Assembly (NCBI GenBank): GCA_049654745.1
Contig: JBASIK010000202.1
Coordinates: 9,111 to 73,110 of the forward strand
From: Bacteroidales bacterium
GTDB lineage: Bacteria; Bacteroidota; Bacteroidia; Bacteroidales; VadinHA17
Direction: 5' to 3'
DNA length: 64,000 nucleotides
The number at the start of each line of letters is the position of its first letter. Position 1 is the first letter of the stretch. Under the pieces are notes generated by a model. The model worked only from the letters and a program-made list of their open reading frames with translations. It was not told the origin of the DNA and searched no databases. Of the stretch, positions 9,807 through 21,263 are shown in pieces. The translations under genes were made by a program, and so were the position numbers.

Positions 9807-10730
9807 ATGCAAAACACTCTTATTGTGGTCGTTGGCCCGACAGGTGTCGGGAAAACAGAACTCTCAATTGACCTGGCCGGACATTTCAAAACTGAAATCA
9901 TCTCCTGTGATTCCCGGCAGTTTTACAGGGAGATGGTTATTGGCACGTCAGCACCTACCGAAGAGCAGCTCAGCAAAGTAAGGCATCATTTTGTACGATT
10001 CCTTTCAGTAACAGATTACTATAGCGCCAGCATGTACGAAAGGGATGTGCTTAAGCTGCTTCCGGAGCTTTTTTCCCGGAACCCTCTGGTTATCTTGACT
10101 GGCGGCTCAGGCTTATACGTCGATGCCGTATGTATTGGCATAGACGACATACCTGATGTGGACCCTGCCGCAAGGGAAAAGTACTGGAAGCTTTACCAGC
10201 GGGAAGGTATTGAAAGCTTGAGAATAGCACTTAAGTTACTGGATCCTGATTATTACAAGATAGTTGACCTGAAAAACCACAAAAGGATTATAAGGGCACT
10301 GGAAATATGTGAGACCACAGGAAGGCCATATTCTTCATTTTTGAAAAAGGAAAAGCGTCGAAGAGATTTCAGAATTATAAAAATTGGGTTAGAACGGCCA
10401 CGTGACGAGCTCTACACCAGAATCAATGAAAGGGTTGACAGAATGGTCACCGAAGGACTTGTGGAAGAAGCACGTAATCTTTTGAAATACAAACATCTGA
10501 ATGCCCTTCAAACACTCGGCTATAAGGAACTGTTCGAATATTTTGACGGAAAAATAACAATAGAAACTGCAATCAGTCTGATTAAGCGCAACAGCCGGAG
10601 GTACGCAAAAAGGCAAATTACATGGTGGGCAAGGGAAAAAGAAATCAGATGGTTCAATCCTTTACAGAAAGATGATATAATAAAGTATATTGAAACAGAA
10701 GTCCTCAGGCAAAATCAATGTACAGGCTGA
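9807..10730 (+). CDS. miaA: tRNA dimethylallyltransferase
   Basis: P-loop GPTGVGKT, then SCDSRQFYREMVIGT and ...RRYAKRQITWW, typical of MiaA. Confidence 0.95.
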   Translation: MQNTLIVVVGPTGVGKTELSIDLAGHFKTEIISCDSRQFYREMVIGTSAPTEEQLSKVRHHFVRFLSVTDYYSASMYERDVLKLLPELFSRNPLVILTGGSGLYVDAVCIGIDDIPDVDPAAREKYWKLYQREGIESLRIALKLLDPDYYKIVDLKNHKRIIRALEICETTGRPYSSFLKKEKRRRDFRIIKIGLERPRDELYTRINERVDRMVTEGLVEEARNLLKYKHLNALQTLGYKELFEYFDGKITIETAISLIKRNSRRYAKRQITWWAREKEIRWFNPLQKDDIIKYIETEVLRQNQCTG

Positions 10731-11377
10731 AGATTTTTAAGCTTATAAATGGTTCCGACCGGGTCGTCTGAACTGAAAACTGTATTTCCTGCCACCAGAA
10801 CATTTACACCTTTCCCTACAAGTTTTGCAGCATTTGAAAGGTCTACTCCCCCATCCACCTGTATCATTACATTATATCCCGATTCATCTATCATTTTTCT
10901 CATTTCTGTGATTTTGTTCCAGCTCTCTTCGATAAATGTCTGTCCTCCATAACCAGGGTTAACAGTCATAATAAGGACCATATCAATATATGGTAGAATA
11001 TTCCTGAGCAGGAAAACAGGGTTATGAGGGTTCAGGGCCACACCGGCTTTCATTCCGAGCGCTCTTATTTCAGTTACGGTTCGCTGGAGGTGGATACATG
11101 CCTCATAATGGACTGTAAGTATGTCGGCTCCTGCTTTTCTGAATTGGTGCAGGTAACGTTCGGCATCTGCTATCATCAGGTGTACATCGAGAGGTTTTGT
11201 TGCGATTCTTTTTACACATTCCAGTACGGGAAAGCCGAATGAAATATTTGGTACATAGACACCATCCATTATGTCGAGGTGTATCCAGTCGGCAACGCTG
11301 CTGTTGAGCATTTTTATTTCCTTTTCAAGGTTGCCAAAATCGGCTGTCAGTATTGAAGGGGCAACAAGGTGTGTCAT
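10715..11377 (-). CDS. rpe: Ribulose-phosphate 3-epimerase
   Basis: APSILTADF, HLDIMDG, MTVNPGYGGQ and QVDGG motifs. The 3' end overlaps miaA convergently by 16 bp. Confidence 0.96.
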   Translation of the reverse strand: MTHLVAPSILTADFGNLEKEIKMLNSSVADWIHLDIMDGVYVPNISFGFPVLECVKRIATKPLDVHLMIADAERYLHQFRKAGADILTVHYEACIHLQRTVTEIRALGMKAGVALNPHNPVFLLRNILPYIDMVLIMTVNPGYGGQTFIEESWNKITEMRKMIDESGYNVMIQVDGGVDLSNAAKLVGKGVNVLVAGNTVFSSDDPVGTIYKLKNLQPVH

Positions 11378-11425
11378 AAAGATAGGTTTAAGGCAGTAAA
11401 TTTGGCAAACAATTTTGAAAAATCA

Positions 11426-12289
11426 TCAGCCCAGGTATGTTTTGAGAATCTTACAGCGGGTTGTATACTGGATTTTCTTTATTGCTTTTTCTTTTATCTG
11501 CCTCACTCTTTCGCGTGTAAGTTTCATCACCTCTCCTATTTCCTCGAGGGTATAAGGATGTTTCATATTTATTCCGAAGTAAAGTTTAAGGACTTTTGCT
11601 TCTCGGGGCGACAGGGTACTCAGTGCTCTTTCGATTTCGAAGGACAGGGATTCGTTGATAAGGTTTTTGTCGGGGCTAAGAGAGTCGTTATTTTGTATGA
11701 TGTCATACATTGTGTTTTCTTCGTCGGGGCTGATAGGGGCATCCATGCTTATGGCTCGTCCGTTCGTTTTGAGAGCGTCTTTAACCTCATCTGGAGCCAT
11801 CTCGAGCATATCGGCAATCTCCTGGTCGGATGGTTCTCTCTCATACTTCTGTTCGAGCCTGGCGAATGCCTTGTTAATTCTGTTGAGCGAACCTATCTTA
11901 TTCACAGGCAGCCTTATGATACGTGCCTGTTCAGCAAGAGCCTGCAGTATAGACTGGCGTATCCACCATACTGCATAGGAAATGAACTTAAAGCCCCTTG
12001 TCTCATCAAACCTCTGGGCTGCTTTCATCAGTCCGAGGTTGCCTTCGTTTATCAGGTCGGGCAAAGTCATGCCCTGGTTCTGGTACTGTTTGGCAACTGA
12101 AACAACAAACCTCAGATTTGCCTTCACCAATGTTGCAAGGGCATCATTATCTCCTGATTTAATGCGCCTTGCCAGATTTACCTCATCTTCGGGAGACAAT
12201 AAATCGACCTTGCCTATCTCCTGAAGGTATTTATCAAGAGATGGTGTATCACGATTTGTGACCTGTTTTGATATTTTGAGCTGACGCAT
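11426..12289 (-). CDS. rpoD: Primary RNA polymerase sigma factor (Bacteroidota sigma-A type)
   Basis: Regions 2-4 are present ([34 protein letters not shown]...[12 protein letters not shown]). At 287 aa it lacks region 1.1, as in Bacteroidota. Confidence 0.95.
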   Translation of the reverse strand: MRQLKISKQVTNRDTPSLDKYLQEIGKVDLLSPEDEVNLARRIKSGDNDALATLVKANLRFVVSVAKQYQNQGMTLPDLINEGNLGLMKAAQRFDETRGFKFISYAVWWIRQSILQALAEQARIIRLPVNKIGSLNRINKAFARLEQKYEREPSDQEIADMLEMAPDEVKDALKTNGRAISMDAPISPDEENTMYDIIQNNDSLSPDKNLINESLSFEIERALSTLSPREAKVLKLYFGINMKHPYTLEEIGEVMKLTRERVRQIKEKAIKKIQYTTRCKILKTYLG

Positions 12290-12619
12290 ATGTACAGGTC
12301 AAAGGAATGAATAAAAAAATAAAAAACCAGCCAAACGCTACAATTTTAATAAAAAAAATATTCTTCATCAATACAAGTTCATATAATATTTTTGTCAATA
12401 AAAATATTTTACTAATTTTGTCACGTCGTTGCCGTTGATAAAATCAACTTCACAAGACAAGCAATTACTTTATGACTTTAATTTGGAAATTTATTAGCAA
12501 TTTTATTTAATATTGCACGTGTTATTAAATATTATTCTTTCGGGTTTATTGGTCTTCTCTGAACCCGGGTTATCAGATAAAAATTAAGAAATCAATTTCA
12601 CACATCGCAGAAGCAGATT

Positions 12620-14431
12620 ATGTACGACATTCTTGAATTAAGTAAAAAGCTGGTTCCCGAGTTACGGGAAATAGCTAAATCTCTAAACATTAAAAGAGTT
12701 GAATCGCTCAAAAAGCAGGATCTTATTTATAAGATACTGGACCAGCAGGCATTGAAATCAATCGAAGGCAAGCCGTTGCCAGAAACTGAAGCTGCTGAGG
12801 AAAAGGATTCAGGATCGAAAACCGAGCCTTCGTCAAGGCGTGGGAAAAGGCCCCGTTTCATCAAGAGTGCGGGAAATTCGCGGGAATCAATCATCACTGT
12901 TACTCCCGATGGGCTTACCAGATCTGAAACTGGCACCAAAGATTGGCACGATTATCGCGGTACTGAGGATAAGTCTGACGAAGCCGGAAGGAAGAAGAAG
13001 CAGAAGTATGAGTTATTCGAAGCTCCGGAAATAATAATTCCTAAATCAGAATCTCATCAGAAGAGAAGAGAAGAAGAGCCTTATAAGAAAGAAGAAGCTC
13101 CGGTTGAGAAAACCAAGGAAAAGGAACTTCTGGATGATTCGCTTCTATCAATACCCAATGGAGAGCTTCTTGATGAGGAGCTTAAAGCTGAAATAGAGGC
13201 TTCGGAGAAAGAACTTTCGGCTGAGAGAGGTTTAAGTGAAGAGGTCATTACAGCCCCTGAACCCAGGGAAAAAGAAGAGAAAGAGGAGAAAAAAGAAAGG
13301 TTCTATGATTTCGAAGGAGTTATCTATACAACGGGGGTTCTTGAAATAATGCCTGACGGTTATGGGTTTCTGAGGTCGGCCGATTACAATTACCTCAGTT
13401 CACCCGATGATGTATATGTTTCACAGTCGCAGATTAAACTCTTTGGCCTCAAAACCGGCGACACTGTAACCGGATCCATAAGACCTCCCAGGGAAGGTGA
13501 AAAATATTTTCCGCTTATCAAAATTGAAGAAATTAATGGCCGAAGTCCGGATTACATAAGAGACAGGGTTCCTTTCGATTATCTCACCCCGCTCTTCCCC
13601 AATGAAAAATTCACCCTTTGCACACCCGGTGAAGGTTCTCTTTCGGTGAGAATAATTGACATGTTCTGTCCGATAGGCAAAGGACAGAGGGGCCTGATAG
13701 TAGCTCAGCCGAAAACAGGAAAAACCATTCTCCTTCAGGAGATTGCAAACGCCATTGCCAAATATCATCCTGAGGTGTATCTGATAATTCTGCTTGTTGA
13801 CGAAAGGCCTGAGGAGGTTACCGATATGGCCAGAAATGTAAAAGCAGAAGTTATTGCATCAACTTTTGATGAGCCGGCAGAAAGGCATTGCAGGGTTGCG
13901 AATATTGTACTGGAGAAAGCAAAGAGGCTTGTAGAGTGCGGGCATGATGTGGTAATTCTCCTTGATTCCATCACCAGGCTGGCAAGGGCATTCAACACCA
14001 TTGCCCCAGCATCGGGCAAGGTGCTGTCGGGTGGTGTAGATTCTAACGCACTTCATAAACCAAAGAGGTTTTTTGGTGCCGCCCGCAATATTGAAAACGG
14101 AGGCTCGCTTACAATTATCGCAACAGCCCTCATCGACACAGGTTCAAAGATGGACGAAGTTATCTTTGAGGAATTCAAGGGCACCGGTAATATGGAGCTT
14201 CAGCTCGACCGCAAGCTTGCCAACAGAAGGATATTCCCGGCAATCGATATTCCGGCTTCCAGTACCAGAAGGGAAGATTTGCTTCTTAACAAAACAATAC
14301 TGCAGAAGATATGGGTTCTCCGCAACTATCTCAGCGACATGAACTCGGTGGAAGCTATGGAATTTCTGCACGATAGACTGGCTCAGACAAAGTCGAACGA
14401 GGAATTTCTTTTCTCGATGAATGGTAGTTAA
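12620..14431 (+). CDS. rho: Transcription termination factor Rho with a long N-terminal insertion domain
   Basis: N-terminal helix bundle, CSD-like [15 protein letters not shown] and Walker [16 protein letters not shown]. It is 603 aa because of a ~185-aa E/K/S-rich insertion. Confidence 0.97.
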   Translation: MYDILELSKKLVPELREIAKSLNIKRVESLKKQDLIYKILDQQALKSIEGKPLPETEAAEEKDSGSKTEPSSRRGKRPRFIKSAGNSRESIITVTPDGLTRSETGTKDWHDYRGTEDKSDEAGRKKKQKYELFEAPEIIIPKSESHQKRREEEPYKKEEAPVEKTKEKELLDDSLLSIPNGELLDEELKAEIEASEKELSAERGLSEEVITAPEPREKEEKEEKKERFYDFEGVIYTTGVLEIMPDGYGFLRSADYNYLSSPDDVYVSQSQIKLFGLKTGDTVTGSIRPPREGEKYFPLIKIEEINGRSPDYIRDRVPFDYLTPLFPNEKFTLCTPGEGSLSVRIIDMFCPIGKGQRGLIVAQPKTGKTILLQEIANAIAKYHPEVYLIILLVDERPEEVTDMARNVKAEVIASTFDEPAERHCRVANIVLEKAKRLVECGHDVVILLDSITRLARAFNTIAPASGKVLSGGVDSNALHKPKRFFGAARNIENGGSLTIIATALIDTGSKMDEVIFEEFKGTGNMELQLDRKLANRRIFPAIDIPASSTRREDLLLNKTILQKIWVLRNYLSDMNSVEAMEFLHDRLAQTKSNEEFLFSMNGS

Positions 14432-14522
14432 ATAAAATTAAAATTCCTGTTTTCTTGCTGTCAGTTTATAACTTTGCATCTGAAACTAAATCTTTAAAAA
14501 CAACTAGGTAACTAAATAAAAA

Positions 14523-17500
14523 ATGAAAATGAAAAAATTCATAGTATGTGACGGTAACCAGGCTGCATCGCATATAGCATATATGTTCAGTGAGGTGGCC
14601 TGTATTTATCCCATTACACCATCGTCGACAATGGCTGAATATGTTGACGAGTGGGCAGCTTCGGGGTTAAAGAACATGTTCGGCGAAACAGTCAAAGTAG
14701 TCGAAATGCAATCGGAGGCAGGAGCTGCCGGTGCTGTTCACGGTACCCTTCAATCGGGTGCCCTCTGTACAACATTCACTGCTTCGCAGGGTTTGTTACT
14801 GATGATACCCAATATGTACAAGATTGCTGCTGAGCTTCTGCCGGGTGTTTTTCACGTTAGTGCCCGTACTGTGGCTGCCCATGCACTTTCAATATTTGGA
14901 GATCATAGCGATATCTACGCAACACGCCAGACTGGCTTTGCAATGCTTGCAAGTGGAAGTGTTCAGGAAATTATGGACCTTGCCGGTGTTGCCCACCTCT
15001 CAGCAATAAAATCCAGAATTCCTTTCCTACATTTCTTCGACGGCTTCCGTACCTCAGCTGAAGTTCAGAAGATAGAACTTCTGGAAATGGAAGATCTTAA
15101 GAAACTTGTTGATTGGGATGCACTTGCAGCATTCAGAAACAACGCACTAAATCCGGAGAAGCCTGTAACAAGGGGAACAGCACAGAATCCTGATATTTTC
15201 TTCCAGGCAAAAGAAGCTATAAACAGATACTATGAGCCTGTTGCCGACATCGTTGCAGAATATATGGCTGAAATATCGAAGCTTACAGGCAGAACATATA
15301 AACCTTTTGATTATTACGGACATCCGGAAGCCGACAGGATAATTATTGCAATGGGTTCTGTAACTGACACAACGAAAGAAACTATCGATTACCTTACTGC
15401 AAAAGGTGAAAAAGTTGGTTTGATAGCAGTTCATCTTTACAGACCCTTCTCGGCAAAATATTTCTTCGATGTACTACCCAAAACTGTAAAAGTTATTTCT
15501 GTTCTCGACCGAACCAAAGAACCTGGGGCACTCGGAGATCCTTTATACCTTGATATAAAATCACTCTTTTACGACAGTGAGTTACAACCGTTAATCCTTG
15601 CTGGACGTTACGGACTCAGCTCGAAAGACACAACACCTGCTATGATTCTTTCGGTGTTTGAAAACATGAAACTGAAAGAGCCGAAGAATCATTTTACAAT
15701 TGGTATTATTGATGATGTTACCCATACATCACTCCCGCTGCTGCCCGATATAGATGTTGATTATCCCGGAACTTATTCCGCAAAATTCTTCGGTATCGGT
15801 GCAGACGGTACAGTAGGCGCCAACAAAAACTCTATCAAGATTATCGGTGAGACCACCGACAAATACTGCCAGGCATATTTTGCTTACGACTCGAAAAAAT
15901 CAGGTGGACTGACAGTATCACATCTACGTTTTGGGGATAAGCCGATTCGTTCGCCTTATTATGTAAACAATCCTGATTTTGTTGCATGTCATGTGCCTGC
16001 ATATCTGAACAAATACGATATGCTCAAAGGTCTGAAGAAAGGCGGCACCTTCCTGTTTAATTCGATATGGGATGTTGAAGAGACAAAGCGTCGCCTACCC
16101 GATCATATGAAAAAATATCTTGCCGAAAACAAGATCAATTTCTATATGATCAACGCAACTGCCATTGCAGATGAACTTGGCCTGGGAACCCGTACCAACA
16201 CTATAATGCAGTCAGCTTTCTTTAAGGTTTCAAATGTAATACCTTACGAGAAAGCCGTTAAAGAGATGAAGGATGCAGTTAAAAAAACTTATGGCCGTAA
16301 GGGAGAGGATGTTGTAAAGCAGAACTACGATGCTATTGACAGGGGCGGAGAAGTGATAAAGGTTGATATTCCTGCAGAATGGGCTGACATTAAGATTGAA
16401 CAGCAACCTGATACCAGGGATGTTCCTGAATTTATCAAGAAGATATTTGACCCCATAAACCGCATGAAAGGAGATGAGGTTCCGGTAAGTGCCTTTATTG
16501 GTCGTGAAGACGGAACCTTCCCTCCGGGAACCACTGCTTATGAAAAACGTGGCGTGGCAGTACATGTACCTGAGTGGCAGCCAGAGAACTGCATACAATG
16601 CAACCAGTGTTCGTATGTATGTCCACATGCAGCTATCAGGCCTTTCCTCCTTACTGAAGAAGAAGCTGCAAAAGCTCCGGAAGGAACGAAAGTCCTTCAG
16701 GCTATTCCCGGATCACTTAAAGCTTACAAATTCAGAATACAGGTTAGTGTTTACGACTGCGTGGGATGCGGTAACTGTGCTGATGTATGTCCTGCCAAAA
16801 CCAAGGCTCTTGTAATGAAACCTTTCGAAACACAGCTTGCCGAAGCAGAGCGCTGGACTTACATGCATGAAAAAGTGGGGTACAAGGATAATGTTGTTGA
16901 TAAGTTCCTCAACGTTAAGAATAGTCAGTTTGCACAGCCACTCTTTGAATTTTCGGGAGCATGCGCAGGCTGTGGAGAAACTCCATACATAAAACTTATA
17001 ACCCAGCTATTTGGTGACAGAATGACCATTGCAAACGCAACAGGTTGTTCGTCAATCTACGGAGGTTCAGCTCCTTCCACACCATATACTATAAACAAAA
17101 ACGGTCACGGACCGGCATGGGCTAATTCACTCTTTGAAGATAATGCCGAATACGGATTTGGAATGGCCCTTGGAACAAATAAGTTAAGGGAGCGTATAGC
17201 AAGGAAGATGGAAGAAGCCCTAAGCAATGGCAAGGTTAATTCCGAAACAAAGGCGGCATTCGAAGAGTGGCTCGCCTCCAGGAACAATGCCGAAGCTTCA
17301 AAGGTTGCATCGGCGAAGGTTGTGGAAGCGTGTGAAAAGGACGGTTCCGAGGTTGCCAGAGAGATACTGAGTCTCAAACAATACCTTGTCAAGAAATCTC
17401 ACTGGATAATCGGCGGTGATGGCTGGGCTTATGATATAGGTTTTGGCGGACTCGACCATGTACTCGCCCAGGGTGAGGATGTAAACTTACTTGTACTCGA

Positions 17501-18059
17501 TACAGAGGTTTATTCCAACACAGGCGGACAGGCATCCAAAGCGACCCCTGCAGCAGCTGTTGCAAAATTTGCAGCAGCAGGTAAAAAGATCAGGAAGAAA
17601 GACCTCGGTCTGATGGCAATAAGTTATGGTTATGTTTATGTTGCACAGGTTGCCATGGGTGCAAACAACGCACAGCTGCTTAAAGCTATTAAGGAAGCTG
17701 AGGCATATCCGGGTCCGTCGCTGATTATTGCATATGCTCCATGTATAAACCATGGACTAAAGTACGGAATGGGCAAGTCGCAGGAACAGGAAGAGAGAGC
17801 TGTTAAGGCCGGTTACTGGCATCTGTACAGATACAATCCTCTGCTTGAAGCTGAAGGCAAGAATCCTTTCATCCTCGATTCGAAGGAACCCGACTGGTCA
17901 CTCTTCCAGGAATTCCTGCATTCAGAAGTACGTTATACTGCCCTGCTCAAGACAAACCCGAAAGAAGCCGAGGCTCTATTCAAAGATGCCGAGGAAAATG
18001 CAAAATGGAGATACAAAACCTATAAACGCCTTGCAGAGATGCAATATCCACAGCAGTAG
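14523..18059 (+). CDS. nifJ: Pyruvate:ferredoxin (flavodoxin) oxidoreductase
   Basis: 1178 aa. Two 4Fe-4S motifs (CIQCNQCSYVCP, CVGCGNCADVCP) and the TPP-binding region GGDGWAYDIGFGGLDH. Confidence 0.97.
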   Translation: MKMKKFIVCDGNQAASHIAYMFSEVACIYPITPSSTMAEYVDEWAASGLKNMFGETVKVVEMQSEAGAAGAVHGTLQSGALCTTFTASQGLLLMIPNMYKIAAELLPGVFHVSARTVAAHALSIFGDHSDIYATRQTGFAMLASGSVQEIMDLAGVAHLSAIKSRIPFLHFFDGFRTSAEVQKIELLEMEDLKKLVDWDALAAFRNNALNPEKPVTRGTAQNPDIFFQAKEAINRYYEPVADIVAEYMAEISKLTGRTYKPFDYYGHPEADRIIIAMGSVTDTTKETIDYLTAKGEKVGLIAVHLYRPFSAKYFFDVLPKTVKVISVLDRTKEPGALGDPLYLDIKSLFYDSELQPLILAGRYGLSSKDTTPAMILSVFENMKLKEPKNHFTIGIIDDVTHTSLPLLPDIDVDYPGTYSAKFFGIGADGTVGANKNSIKIIGETTDKYCQAYFAYDSKKSGGLTVSHLRFGDKPIRSPYYVNNPDFVACHVPAYLNKYDMLKGLKKGGTFLFNSIWDVEETKRRLPDHMKKYLAENKINFYMINATAIADELGLGTRTNTIMQSAFFKVSNVIPYEKAVKEMKDAVKKTYGRKGEDVVKQNYDAIDRGGEVIKVDIPAEWADIKIEQQPDTRDVPEFIKKIFDPINRMKGDEVPVSAFIGREDGTFPPGTTAYEKRGVAVHVPEWQPENCIQCNQCSYVCPHAAIRPFLLTEEEAAKAPEGTKVLQAIPGSLKAYKFRIQVSVYDCVGCGNCADVCPAKTKALVMKPFETQLAEAERWTYMHEKVGYKDNVVDKFLNVKNSQFAQPLFEFSGACAGCGETPYIKLITQLFGDRMTIANATGCSSIYGGSAPSTPYTINKNGHGPAWANSLFEDNAEYGFGMALGTNKLRERIARKMEEALSNGKVNSETKAAFEEWLASRNNAEASKVASAKVVEACEKDGSEVAREILSLKQYLVKKSHWIIGGDGWAYDIGFGGLDHVLAQGEDVNLLVLDTEVYSNTGGQASKATPAAAVAKFAAAGKKIRKKDLGLMAISYGYVYVAQVAMGANNAQLLKAIKEAEAYPGPSLIIAYAPCINHGLKYGMGKSQEQEERAVKAGYWHLYRYNPLLEAEGKNPFILDSKEPDWSLFQEFLHSEVRYTALLKTNPKEAEALFKDAEENAKWRYKTYKRLAEMQYPQQ

Positions 18060-18088
18060 TTTTACTATTTAATGCTAAAATAGACAAC

Positions 18089-18120
18089 AAGGGGGGGCAA
18101 CCCCCTTTTGTTTTTATTTT
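18089..18120 (+). terminator. Intrinsic terminator after nifJ
   Basis: The GC hairpin AAGGGGGGGCAACCCCCTT is followed by TTGTTTTTATTTTT. Confidence 0.8.
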
Positions 18121-18141
18121 TATCTTTGCACTTGATTTTCA

Positions 18142-18573
18142 ATGGGACGAATACTTGCTATAGATTATGGAAAGAAACGCGTGGGTCTTGCAGTCACAGA
18201 TCCTATGCGGATAATTGCTTCACCACTCGAAACAGTTCCGGTAACCGAAGTTGAAAACTTCCTCTCTGATTATTTCAAAAAAGAAACTGTTGATGAAATT
18301 GTTATCGGTTACCCGTTACAAATGAACAATGAGCCAAGTGAAGCTGTTAAATATATTGAACCGTTCATAAGAAGAATGAGAAAGCTCTATCCTGATAAAC
18401 CAATTTATCTGGCAGATGAGAGATTCACTTCTGTGATAGGTCAGCAGACACTGATTGAAGGTGGCGTGAAGAAAAAAAAGAGGATGGATAAATCATTGGT
18501 CGACAAAATTAGTGCTTCACTTATCCTTCAATCGTTTCTGGAGAAAAGGTCTTTTCTTAACAGTAAAAAATAA
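18142..18573 (+). CDS. ruvX: Holliday junction resolvase-like protein RuvX (YqgF)
   Basis: The MGRILAIDYGKKRVGLAVTD start and DERFTS motif are typical of YqgF/RuvX. Confidence 0.92.
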   Translation: MGRILAIDYGKKRVGLAVTDPMRIIASPLETVPVTEVENFLSDYFKKETVDEIVIGYPLQMNNEPSEAVKYIEPFIRRMRKLYPDKPIYLADERFTSVIGQQTLIEGGVKKKKRMDKSLVDKISASLILQSFLEKRSFLNSKK

Positions 18574-18577
18574 CAAA

Positions 18578-19144
18578 ATGATATATCCGGTTGTTGTTTA
18601 CGGACACCCTGTTTTAAAGAAAGTTGCCGCTGAAGTAGAGAAGGATTACCCTGGACTGAAGCAGCTAATCGATGATATGTTTGAAACAATGTACGCTGCT
18701 GAAGGAGTGGGGCTTGCAGCTCCCCAGATAGGAAAATCAATCAGGGTATTTGTTATTGATGGTGCCCCTCTGGCAGAAGATGAACCTGAATTTGCAAATT
18801 TCAAGAGAGTATTTATCAATCCGAAAATAATTGAGAAAGACGGGGAACTTGTACCAATGAACGAGGGGTGCCTGAGCATCCCGAATATTCGTGAAGAAGT
18901 AAAGAGGGAATCACACATCAGAGTTCAGTATTACGACCAAAACTGGGAATTCCACGATGAAACTTTTGTAGGGTATAAGGCAAGAGTCTTCCTGCATGAA
19001 TATGATCATCTCGACGGAATACTTTTTGTAGAAAAGATTAATCCACTGAGAAAAAGACTGATAAAGGGTAAACTTAACGATATCAGCAAAGGAAAATTCG
19101 AAGCCGACTACAAAACTATCGTATATACCCCACGAAAGAAATAG
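18578..19144 (+). CDS. def: Peptide deformylase
   Basis: GVGLAAPQIG, EGCLS and HEYDH metal-binding motifs. The ATG at 18578 fits homologs (MIYPVVVYGHPVLKK); the upstream part of ORF 18512 overlaps ruvX. Confidence 0.95.
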   Translation: MIYPVVVYGHPVLKKVAAEVEKDYPGLKQLIDDMFETMYAAEGVGLAAPQIGKSIRVFVIDGAPLAEDEPEFANFKRVFINPKIIEKDGELVPMNEGCLSIPNIREEVKRESHIRVQYYDQNWEFHDETFVGYKARVFLHEYDHLDGILFVEKINPLRKRLIKGKLNDISKGKFEADYKTIVYTPRKK

Positions 19145-19183
19145 TTTTTTATTATCTTTATGCAGTCTCAATAGCTGCATATC

Positions 19184-21193
19184 GTGCTTTTAAAGGAAGT
19201 ACCTTTTTTGCGGATATTTATCCCTTACTGTCTGGGCATTGCAGCCAGTTTTTGCGCAGAAGGAATCGGCATTAAAATAATGCTTCTGCTTTATGGCTTT
19301 TTAATCATACTACTGTTAATCAGCTACTTCACAATTAATTCGTACAATAACACGGCGTTTGGAGCAATCCTCACTGCTGCATTGTTTCTTTCGGGCGTTA
19401 TTCTTGCTGTAAATGAAAGAAGAAGCCTTTCCACACTCGAACAGAAAGAACAATTGCTTTGTTCAGTTGTACTTGATTTTCCCGAAGAAAAAGAAAATTC
19501 GTTCCTGATAAAATCAAAGCTGAAGTATATCTGGAGCGATAGTGTGAAGAAGAGGATAGAAGGTTCAATAATTCTTTATTATAGCAAAAATAGCCAGCTG
19601 ACAAAACTGATGCCCGGAGATATTATTATGTTCAGGACCACGCCTCGGGAAATAAGAAACAAAGGAAATCCGTATGAATTTGATTACAGGTTTTACATGG
19701 AATCAAAGGGATTCAGGTATTACGGATTCATTCAGAATGATGATATTATATATTATGGATCACCATCACGAAGGACACTCAGAGAAAAAGCGCTCATTTT
19801 CCGTGAGCAGATCATTAACATGTACCAGGAAAAAGGTGCCCGGGGTAAAAGGCTTGCACTGGCCGCTGCAATAACCCTTGGAGAGAAAAGAATGCTCGGC
19901 GATGATGAAAAAGAACATTTTTCCAGAGCCGGTGTAATGCATATTATGGCAGTTTCAGGGCTTCACGCAGGCATACTTAGTCTGTTCATTTTCAATATAT
20001 TATTCTTTTTAAAAGGAAAACTCAAAATTCTCAGGGTAATTTTTACAATAGCCACCTTATGGTTTTTTGCTTTTACAACAGGTTTATCTCCTTCAGTTAT
20101 GAGGGCTTCTCTGATGTTTTCATTCCTTCATACCGGTCAGCTTCTTAACAGAAAAATCAATCCGGTAAACTCCCTGCTGGCATCAGCTTTTATTCTTTCG
20201 GTAATAAATCCTCTGGTTATTTTCGATCCTGCATTTCAGCTTTCGTATGTTGCAGTATTTTTTATAATACTTTTCTACAGAGGCTTTTATAATACATTGA
20301 CTTTCAATAATTTTCTTTTTGATAAGATATGGCAACTGATTTCAGTGTCATTTGTTGCCCAGGCAGGAACACTACCACTGACACTTTCAATGTTCAACCG
20401 TTTTTCGCTTATTTTTCTTTTATCGAATATTTCAATTGTTCCTCTGGCTGCAGTAATAATAATATCGGGTTTTCTGGCTGTTGTTACAGCTCCTGCAGGA
20501 TTTGTCGCATCGATTTTTGTAACAGTGATGGACAGAACCTCATTTCTTGCAGGATATCTTACTGAAAAGACTTCAATGCTTCCTTTCTCATCGCTTGAAA
20601 ACACTGGAATAACGGTACCAGAAAGCATTTTTCTTATCATAGCGCTAGCAATTTTTCTTAATTATTTGCTTTCAGAAAAAAAGAAAAGTGTTGTATTACC
20701 GCTTGCAGCTTTTCTGGCTCTAATTGTTACTGTTACAACAAAGAAGGTAATTTCAGGTTTCAATAATGAACTAATTATTTATAACACTCAGTCAGTTCCT
20801 GTTGCAGGGATAAAGAACGGCAATACACTGAATCTTTTTTGCATGGGGGAAAAAGTGCCAGGGGAAGCACTTCGACATGGTGCAATAATGGGATTACATG
20901 TGAAAAAGATTGATATAAGAGGTAAAATGCCATTTTTAATCAGAGCCGGAGGTAAAAATATCTTGATATCTGATAGCTACCCTGCAGAAAATACTGTAAA
21001 AAAATCTGATATAGTGATTTACACAGGCTTAAGACCTCTATTTTTATCTGAAAGTTCAAAACCAGATAAGATTATATTAACTTCGGCATATCCTGGCAGG
21101 GTGTTTGAAAACAAGGTCAGGAATAACAGGGTCAACGGCTTATGGTTTATAAAAAGCCAGGGGTGCTTCAGAGTGAAGCTGAAAAGAGAATAA
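19184..21193 (+). CDS. comEC: ComEC/Rec2-family membrane protein
   Basis: 669 aa, polytopic. The central competence-domain motif is GVMHIMAVSGLHAGIL, and the start is GTG. I see no HxHxDH motif in the C-terminal region, so the metallo-beta-lactamase domain looks absent or degenerate. Confidence 0.85.
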   Translation: MLLKEVPFLRIFIPYCLGIAASFCAEGIGIKIMLLLYGFLIILLLISYFTINSYNNTAFGAILTAALFLSGVILAVNERRSLSTLEQKEQLLCSVVLDFPEEKENSFLIKSKLKYIWSDSVKKRIEGSIILYYSKNSQLTKLMPGDIIMFRTTPREIRNKGNPYEFDYRFYMESKGFRYYGFIQNDDIIYYGSPSRRTLREKALIFREQIINMYQEKGARGKRLALAAAITLGEKRMLGDDEKEHFSRAGVMHIMAVSGLHAGILSLFIFNILFFLKGKLKILRVIFTIATLWFFAFTTGLSPSVMRASLMFSFLHTGQLLNRKINPVNSLLASAFILSVINPLVIFDPAFQLSYVAVFFIILFYRGFYNTLTFNNFLFDKIWQLISVSFVAQAGTLPLTLSMFNRFSLIFLLSNISIVPLAAVIIISGFLAVVTAPAGFVASIFVTVMDRTSFLAGYLTEKTSMLPFSSLENTGITVPESIFLIIALAIFLNYLLSEKKKSVVLPLAAFLALIVTVTTKKVISGFNNELIIYNTQSVPVAGIKNGNTLNLFCMGEKVPGEALRHGAIMGLHVKKIDIRGKMPFLIRAGGKNILISDSYPAENTVKKSDIVIYTGLRPLFLSESSKPDKIILTSAYPGRVFENKVRNNRVNGLWFIKSQGCFRVKLKRE

Positions 21194-21263
21194 ATATTCA
21201 AACAAACTTGAGTATTAAATATTTTATATCTTATTTTGTGGTGATTTTTCAATAATTCTTTTT

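Noticed and set aside
11369-12100. A 243-aa plus-strand ORF antisense to rpoD. Similar long antisense ORFs are 22046..22561 opposite trkA, 57897..58448 opposite hsdR, 31200..31679, 54926..55390 and 61602..62048.
   Set aside because: Each lies fully inside a strongly supported gene on the other strand. Their translations are low-complexity or Cys/Phe-rich without recognisable motifs, and several use non-ATG starts.
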